Source: Promethearchaeum syntrophicum (GTDB lineage: Archaea > Asgardarchaeota > Lokiarchaeia > Sigyniarchaeales > Promethearchaeaceae). From it: a DNA stretch of 32,000 nt. Numbering within the stretch: position 1 is the stretch's first letter; the number at the start of each line of letters is the position of its first letter. Position numbers and translations under genes: made by a program. Shown here piece after piece: positions 26,406 through 32,000 of this stretch. The notes below the pieces were generated by a model, which ran no database searches, was not told where the DNA came from, and worked only from the letters and a program-made list of their open reading frames with translations. The stretch covers positions 3,330,001-3,362,000 of the forward strand of contig NZ_CP042905.2 in the NCBI RefSeq assembly GCF_008000775.2, in the 5' to 3' direction.

Positions 26406-27077
26406 GTGATTTTTATGTCGGAAATAGTGTGTCCCCATTGCGGTTCTACAAAAAAAGTTTTAGCGCGTGATAAGATAATAAATTGTGATTTTTGTGGATC
26501 TTCTTTAAGTGAAATTGCAAAAGAATTTTTGTATAATGCCGAAGAAGAGAAAAAACAGCAAAATTTCACTCCTCCTGTTTATCAAAATATGCCTTCTTTT
26601 CCAATCTCTCAAAAACTTCAGAAATCTCAATTAAAAAGCGCCCAACCACGACAATTCCCTTTTCGATTTAGAAATAAACCTAAAGATCCTTCTCTATCAA
26701 AAGAAGCGTTTTTATATTTTCCTCAGATCAATCAAAAGGTAATTATCCCATCAAAAGAATCTGTTTTTTATTTTGGACGCAATGCTATCCTGCCTCTGGT
26801 AAATCCAAATGAGTTCGATATTGAATGGTTAAATTCAATTTCTAGAATTAGGAAACAGAACAATAAAATATTTAAATATCATTTTATTATAAGACGGGAT
26901 AAAAAAGGAATATTTTCTATAGAAGACACAGAAAGTCGCTGGGGAACTTGGCTCAATCGTACACAGATTAAAGGAAAGGGAAAAAAATCCTTAAAAAATG
27001 GTGATAAAATCGAACTTATGCTCTCAAAACCAAATGTAAAAAATGTTTTTCCATTTGTAATAAAATTCAATCACTAA
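26406..27077 (+). CDS. Zinc-ribbon plus FHA-domain protein
   Basis: 223 aa, with a likely start at the ATG at 26415. N-terminal CPHCGS..x15..CDFCGS, then a P/Q-rich linker. The C-terminal FHA-like core is YFGRN..ISR..YHFII..SRWGTWLNRTQI..LKNGDKIEL. Confidence 0.65.
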   Translation: MIFMSEIVCPHCGSTKKVLARDKIINCDFCGSSLSEIAKEFLYNAEEEKKQQNFTPPVYQNMPSFPISQKLQKSQLKSAQPRQFPFRFRNKPKDPSLSKEAFLYFPQINQKVIIPSKESVFYFGRNAILPLVNPNEFDIEWLNSISRIRKQNNKIFKYHFIIRRDKKGIFSIEDTESRWGTWLNRTQIKGKGKKSLKNGDKIELMLSKPNVKNVFPFVIKFNH

Positions 27078-27091
27078 TTTTTTAAAAAACA

Positions 27092-28123
27092 TTAATAAAT
27101 TTTTGTGATTTCATCGATTGGTGAGTATTTTAATGGTTTAATCTCACCATTATCATATTTAACAGAAAATATCCCGTGATTTTTAGTTAAATTACCTATT
27201 TCTGCAGCTTGAATATTATTTTTATTTAAAAAGGAGACGATCTGACCTACATTCTCTTTAGGAACTGCCACTAGAAGAGCTCCAGAAGCAATTAGTCCAA
27301 ATGGATCCAATTCATAAAACTTACATAATTCTTCAGTACCTGAAATTAAAGGAATTGTTGAATAATCTAACATTACTCCACAATTACTGTTTTGAGCCAT
27401 TTCAACTATACCCATCGCTAATCCTCCCTCAGTTGGATCATGCATTGCATGAACAGTAAAATTTCCGTGTAATAATTGGGCTTCTTTAACAATGCTGATT
27501 CCAGGAGAATTTAGAAGATTTTGACAATTTTTGATTAGTTGAGGGTTAAAATTATGTTGAATTAAATCCTTTTCTTTTTCTTTTGAAATAATATAAGAAC
27601 CCTCAATTGCAATCCCTTTTGTAAGGATTAAGGCATCACCGGGTTTTCCTCCAAAGGTTGTTATCAAATCTTCTTTTTTAACTTCCCCCCACATCATCCC
27701 GCATATAATAGGACGATCCAATCCTACAGTTATCTCTGTGTGCCCTCCAGTTATTGTAATACCGAATTCATCACATTTAGTGCGCATATCTGAGAAAATG
27801 GTATCAACAAGGATCTCATCTGTTTTATTTTCTGGGAGAAGAACTGTTGGTTGGAATCCTATCGGTTTAGCTCCAGATGTAACAATATCATTTGCATTTA
27901 TATTTACAACGTAGGATCCGATAGATTCTGAGGTAAAAGTGATAGGATCCGATTTAGTTACTAAGTATTTATCCCCTATATCGATAACCGCTACATCCTG
28001 ACCAGCATGGGGTCCAAAAATAATTTTTCTTCCAGATTCAAGTTTTTTATCAGGATTTAGATATTTTTCGATAATTTTTTCCATAAAAGACATAGGAAGT
28101 TTTCCGGGGGGAAATCTTGGCAT
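27092..28123 (-). CDS. AIR-synthase-related protein (PurM/HypE/ThiL superfamily)
   Basis: 343 aa. GQDVAVIDIGDKYLVTKSDPITF..IGSYVVNINANDIVTSGAKP matches the N-terminal domain pattern of the PurM-like fold, and a C-terminal domain is present. It lacks the C-terminal Cys of true HypE. Confidence 0.6.
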   Translation of the reverse strand: MPRFPPGKLPMSFMEKIIEKYLNPDKKLESGRKIIFGPHAGQDVAVIDIGDKYLVTKSDPITFTSESIGSYVVNINANDIVTSGAKPIGFQPTVLLPENKTDEILVDTIFSDMRTKCDEFGITITGGHTEITVGLDRPIICGMMWGEVKKEDLITTFGGKPGDALILTKGIAIEGSYIISKEKEKDLIQHNFNPQLIKNCQNLLNSPGISIVKEAQLLHGNFTVHAMHDPTEGGLAMGIVEMAQNSNCGVMLDYSTIPLISGTEELCKFYELDPFGLIASGALLVAVPKENVGQIVSFLNKNNIQAAEIGNLTKNHGIFSVKYDNGEIKPLKYSPIDEITKIY

Positions 28124-28140
28124 AACTTATAATATGTATT

Positions 28141-29121
28141 TTAATCATATAACATTTTTCGCAGTGTTTGGATAAAGTCTCTGTAGATTTTTTTCCCTCT
28201 TGGGATAAATCCATATATTGTGAGAAACCCATGAACTGTTTGTAGGTAATTTTTATAAATCACTTGATTACCCGCTTTCAGTAATTTTTTTGCGTAAGCA
28301 TTACCTTGATCTCTTAAAGGATCGTGACTTGCAGTAAATAGAATTGTTTTAGGTAATTTTGAAAGATCAGAATTATATATTGGTGAAAAATCAGGATTTT
28401 GAGAGTCTTTCGGATTAGTAATATAACATTTTCTAAATACTTTCAACATTTTTTTGCTTAAAACATACCCTTCTTTAAACAAATCAGAGGAAGGATAGTT
28501 AAATTCTCCGCTAACCCATGGATATATAAGGATCTGCCCTGAGATTTCAAAATCTTTTTGGCACTTATTTTTTAACGCAACGAGAGTAGCTAACCCACCT
28601 CCTGCGCTATCACCCATTACATAAATTTTCTTTGAGTTTTCACTTAATTCAGAGATGTGCTTATTAACCCAAATTGCAGCTGAATATGAATCTTCTAGTG
28701 CAATAGGAAAGGGAAATTCAGGAGAAAGCCTATATGCAACCGATACGATAACTACATTCAAGTCCTTTGCAAATTTACGACATAAAACATCCGAATTTTC
28801 TATACTACCCATAACATATCCCCCACCATGAAAATAAATTATAACTGGAAGTGGTTCGTTTGATATCGGAGTATAGATGCGAAGATTGAAATTTTTTAGG
28901 TTTATATCAACTACACTAGCTAATTTTGGAGAGAATCCATGTATTAAAAATTTAATTAGCCCCTTGTTAATTTGTTTTTCCAAATCGCGAGCTTTCTTTA
29001 AACCCTCTTGAGTAATGGGTTCCTTAAGCGGATCCTCAAAGAAATGAAGGATTTTCTTGAATAATTTAGGAAATGGAACCTCGAATATTTCTAAATCGGA
29101 GGAATATAATTTTTCTGGCAT
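28141..29121 (-). CDS. Alpha/beta-hydrolase esterase/lipase, hormone-sensitive-lipase (family IV) type
   Basis: 326 aa. Oxyanion HGGGY, nucleophile elbow GDSAGG, and DPLRD plus a late HGF for the Asp/His of the triad. Confidence 0.8.
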   Translation of the reverse strand: MPEKLYSSDLEIFEVPFPKLFKKILHFFEDPLKEPITQEGLKKARDLEKQINKGLIKFLIHGFSPKLASVVDINLKNFNLRIYTPISNEPLPVIIYFHGGGYVMGSIENSDVLCRKFAKDLNVVIVSVAYRLSPEFPFPIALEDSYSAAIWVNKHISELSENSKKIYVMGDSAGGGLATLVALKNKCQKDFEISGQILIYPWVSGEFNYPSSDLFKEGYVLSKKMLKVFRKCYITNPKDSQNPDFSPIYNSDLSKLPKTILFTASHDPLRDQGNAYAKKLLKAGNQVIYKNYLQTVHGFLTIYGFIPRGKKIYRDFIQTLRKMLYD

Positions 29122-29130
29122 GAAATTAGA

Positions 29131-29685
29131 TTACCTCATATATAGATTTCCCCCTTGTGTATCAATTGCCACAAGTAAAGGTCCAAAATTTTCAACTTCT
29201 AAGAACCAAGCAGCTTCGGGACCAAGTTCTTTCCACTCAACCGAAACGACTTTTTTTATAAATTTCGAAACAATCGCTCCCGCACCTCCAGGAAATTGCA
29301 AATAAACGGCAGGTAATTTATCCCAATTGACACCCTGCATCCCACCTTTTCCAATAACAAATAAAATATTGAGATTTTTACATATTGTATTTTGGAAAGG
29401 GTTCATTCTGGCAGAAGTTGTAGGGCCACCGCTAATAATTTGAAAAGACCCATCAGATTTTGTTTTGACTATGGGTCCCATATGATATATGGCAGAATTT
29501 TTGAGATTTTCAAAATTTTTAGGAAGTTGCCTGCCATTGTTGACTAAATTTACTATTTTTTTATGTACTTGATCTCGACCTGTACAGATTAAACCAGAAA
29601 TATAGATAATATCTCCGATTTTAAGATCTTTTACTATTTCCTTTGACGCTGGAAGGATTATGTGATTTATTCTATTCTCTTTCAA
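29131..29685 (-). CDS. fumB: Class I Fe-S hydro-lyase beta subunit (fumarate hydratase / tartrate dehydratase type)
   Basis: 184 aa. GDIIYISGLICTGRDQVHKKI and GPTTSARM are typical of the C-terminal/beta domain. It overlaps the alpha-subunit gene by 4 nt. Confidence 0.8.
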   Translation of the reverse strand: MKENRINHIILPASKEIVKDLKIGDIIYISGLICTGRDQVHKKIVNLVNNGRQLPKNFENLKNSAIYHMGPIVKTKSDGSFQIISGGPTTSARMNPFQNTICKNLNILFVIGKGGMQGVNWDKLPAVYLQFPGGAGAIVSKFIKKVVSVEWKELGPEAAWFLEVENFGPLLVAIDTQGGNLYMR

Positions 29686-30614
29686 TTCCTTTCAGACTCC
29701 TTTTTCTTAAAATTATAATCTCTATCCAAATAACCCATATTAAACTCCCCATCTTTCGAGATACAACCTGAAACTGTTCGATGTGAATAACATTCAACAA
29801 CCAATCCCACAGGATAAGAAGCGGGATGTCTCATCCCCCATTCAATATGTACATCAATACAATTAGAATGTCCTTCTCTCAAACCCATAACTCCAATATC
29901 AAGTTTATTTATCTGTTTTAATAAGTAGGTTTCTAAATTGGATACTTCTTCTCTTCGATTTCTGGTTCCGATTGGTCGGAGTAAGGATTTTTTCGCTAAA
30001 AAAACACTTTTAACAGAATCACCTCCAATTCCAATCCCAACGATAATAGGTGGACAAGGTTTACCACCAGCATCTTTTATTTTTTTTAGAATCAAAGGAA
30101 TTAAATCATCAAAACCGGTAGCAGGATTTAACATATAAAGTGCTGAAATATTTTCGCATCCTCCTCCCTTATTTAGAATTGAAAATATTAAATCGTCTCT
30201 ATTAGGGATAAGTTCCAAATATATTGGCGGAGTGTTTAAACCTGAATTATATCCCGGGTTTTGAAATTTTATTGGATCCACTGTATTTGCGCGAAGTTTA
30301 GATTCATTTGTTAATTGAGCTAAAATTTTAGTAATTGTACCTTTGAAATCAGAAATAATTGGGAAACTTTCTCCCAATTGTATAAAAATATTAACAGTTC
30401 CTGTATCTTGGCATACGGGAATTTGATGCTTATTGCCATAAGATATGTTCTCAAGCATCAATTCTAACTGCGAGTGTGCAATATCATTATTCTTTTCCTT
30501 TTCCAGCATTTTTTCTAGTTCGATAATTGTTCTTTTAGTAACTGTTTGAGCAGAATATGAAATAAGAGAATATAATGATTTTTCAATAATTTTTAATAAG
30601 TTCGGCTTATCCAC
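29682..30614 (-). CDS. fumA: Class I Fe-S hydro-lyase alpha subunit (fumarate hydratase / tartrate dehydratase type)
   Basis: 310 aa with a GTG start. CQDTG motif and the GIGIGG block. Confidence 0.8.
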   Translation of the reverse strand: MDKPNLLKIIEKSLYSLISYSAQTVTKRTIIELEKMLEKEKNNDIAHSQLELMLENISYGNKHQIPVCQDTGTVNIFIQLGESFPIISDFKGTITKILAQLTNESKLRANTVDPIKFQNPGYNSGLNTPPIYLELIPNRDDLIFSILNKGGGCENISALYMLNPATGFDDLIPLILKKIKDAGGKPCPPIIVGIGIGGDSVKSVFLAKKSLLRPIGTRNRREEVSNLETYLLKQINKLDIGVMGLREGHSNCIDVHIEWGMRHPASYPVGLVVECYSHRTVSGCISKDGEFNMGYLDRDYNFKKKESERN

Positions 30615-30849
30615 ATGAATAGTATTTTTTCCATAACAATAAATATGTGGGTTTCCGAATATTTAGTATATAAACCTTTAAAAACATTTTTTTTTTCCAA
30701 TAAAAATTGATTTTTCAATAGGTTTAAAAGATTATCTAAAAAATTTAATGAAATTGCATTTGTATATATTTTAATGGAAGAGTTCTTTGATTATACATAA
30801 TAAATCTCCAAGTTATAATTAAAAAATTAATAAATATGGAAGAAAAAAA

Positions 30850-32000
30850 TTGAACATACAATTAAACGCTTTTTTAAACAGAATAGGAGATAATTTCATT
30901 CAAGATTGGTATAATATCAGAGATATTCAAACCTGGATGATGGAAGAAATTTACAGAAAACGAGTTCAATTCCCTTATTTCAAGAAAAAGACTCTTTTCT
31001 CTTGGGTGTCGTTTAATAAAAATCCCAAAAGTAAAAAAAATCCTTCTAGATTTTATAACAAAAAACTAGATTCACTTTTTCGATATTTCTTTCTAAAAAT
31101 GTTTTCCGGATTGAATGAAAAACAGTTAATTCTAAAGGGTATTGAAGGACACGTTAGGAAAGAATCAGAACTTTTTTTTGAATATGAATATATGTTATCC
31201 CAAGATGAACTTAGCGAATTTAGAAATTTTAAACATAAATTTAATCACCCAGATCATCATTATCGAATTATATCATATATATTTAATCTAATCATCATGG
31301 TTTTTGGCAAATTAATTAAGGATTTAATCAAAAACGATGTTCAAATTCATATGCTTTGTGCGAAAATAAAGGAAAAAGAATCCACGGGAGAAAAATATTT
31401 ACATTTTCTAATAATAGTTGAAAAACCAGATAGAGAATTTCTAAATGCCTATTTACATTATTTAATTTTCAATTTTGCTGAGATTCTTCCAGGAATTGAC
31501 AGAAAACTTTTGAAAAGCTTGAATCGACAAAAAAATCATATTTATCCTATCGCTTTGAAAGAATATCCTAAAAGTTTAAAAAAAATTCCAACTGTTTTAT
31601 ATATTCTTCAACGAAAAGTACATATTTTGAAGCAAATAATACCTATTCTTGATATCTTAAACTTTGTTGGCTCTCGAGTAGAAGATACAAAATACCATAC
31701 AACTGAATTGGTTAATGACATAATACAGGAAAAAATCTGTGATGATAACGAAAATCAAAAAGATCTTTCCAAAATTTTTGATTTTCTTAATAGCACCGCT
31801 TCGCTTTTTTCAACTTTTCAATCAAATAATCGAGCAAATATTTCAAGACAATATCAATTATTCTTTTTTTATTGTCAACATTTTTCTTTACGTGGTTTAA
31901 AAACAATTCATGAGAATTCACATGTCTTCTTTCCGGATAAAATTGCAGAATCATTACTAAAACATAAAGAAACTTTGAATCAAAAAGGCATCAATTTTAA
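30850..32000 (+). CDS. Hypothetical protein, N-terminal >=383 aa (runs off the window end)
   Basis: Not in the ORF track. My translation of the frame starting at TTG 30850 (in-frame stop at 30820-30822; first ATG at 30937) has no stop through 32000: LNIQLNAFLNRIGDNFIQDWYNIRDIQTWMMEEIYRKR...HPDHHYRI...FFPDKIAESLLKHKETLNQKGINF. A 1.15-kb open frame in DNA this AT-rich is very unlikely by chance. No motif recognised. Confidence 0.55.
   Translation, partial: MNIQLNAFLNRIGDNFIQDWYNIRDIQTWMMEEIYRKRVQFPYFKKKTLFSWVSFNKNPKSKKNPSRFYNKKLDSLFRYFFLKMFSGLNEKQLILKGIEGHVRKESELFFEYEYMLSQDELSEFRNFKHKFNHPDHHYRIISYIFNLIIMVFGKLIKDLIKNDVQIHMLCAKIKEKESTGEKYLHFLIIVEKPDREFLNAYLHYLIFNFAEILPGIDRKLLKSLNRQKNHIYPIALKEYPKSLKKIPTVLYILQRKVHILKQIIPILDILNFVGSRVEDTKYHTTELVNDIIQEKICDDNENQKDLSKIFDFLNSTASLFSTFQSNNRANISRQYQLFFFYCQHFSLRGLKTIHENSHVFFPDKIAESLLKHKETLNQKGINF

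Noticed and set aside
1-32000. A scan for CRISPR arrays, rRNA genes, long direct or inverted repeats, IS elements, and toxin-antitoxin or known defence-system genes.
   Set aside because: I found none by eye. The only repeats are short (9-12 bp) promoter-proximal or terminator-like elements, listed above. A computational self-dot-plot would be needed to exclude dispersed repeats longer than 20 bp.

Overview
AT-rich archaeal chromosomal segment with dense coding on both strands. I count 31 protein-coding genes (two open-ended at the window edges and absent from the ORF track) and one tRNA-Gly(GCC). I found no rRNA, CRISPR array, transposase, integrase or other mobile-element signature, so this looks like core chromosome rather than an accessory island.

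The archaeal assignment rests on a TATA-binding protein, a beta-CASP RNase J-type nuclease, a two-subunit class I fumarase, an archaeal-type phosphatidylserine decarboxylase and Shine-Dalgarno motifs of the GGTGA type. A Rab/Ras-like small GTPase in such an AT-rich archaeon suggests an Asgard (Lokiarchaeia/Promethearchaeia-like) origin; this is inference only.

Recognisable genes:
- aroC (partial) and a PhnN-like P-loop kinase
- dnaK and dnaJ, with no grpE
- a family-5 solute-binding protein
- GDPD and an HD hydrolase
- TBP
- a GNAT acetyltransferase
- two YkgJ (CxxCxxCC) proteins
- an M28 peptidase and a zinc-ribbon-FHA protein
- an AIR-synthase-related protein, an HSL-family esterase and fumarase alpha/beta

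The most interesting locus is 15.6-20.0 kb. A 410-aa hypothetical protein there carries, in order and with near-native spacing, the RtcB RNA-ligase motif set, but with a remodelled N-terminal metal site. It sits directly upstream of the Rab-like GTPase, which has an atypical TQND G4 motif, and is flanked by an HD phosphohydrolase and an RNase J-like nuclease. I propose this as a candidate undescribed GTP-linked RNA repair or processing module; it needs profile and structure searches to confirm.

Secondary curiosities:
- a polytopic membrane protein with two cytoplasmic winged-helix-like repeats
- an M28 peptidase interrupted by transmembrane (TM) hairpins
- an orphan membrane-anchored solute-binding protein
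- a PSD-YkgJ-unknown operon
- several short tandem or inverted repeats in promoter regions
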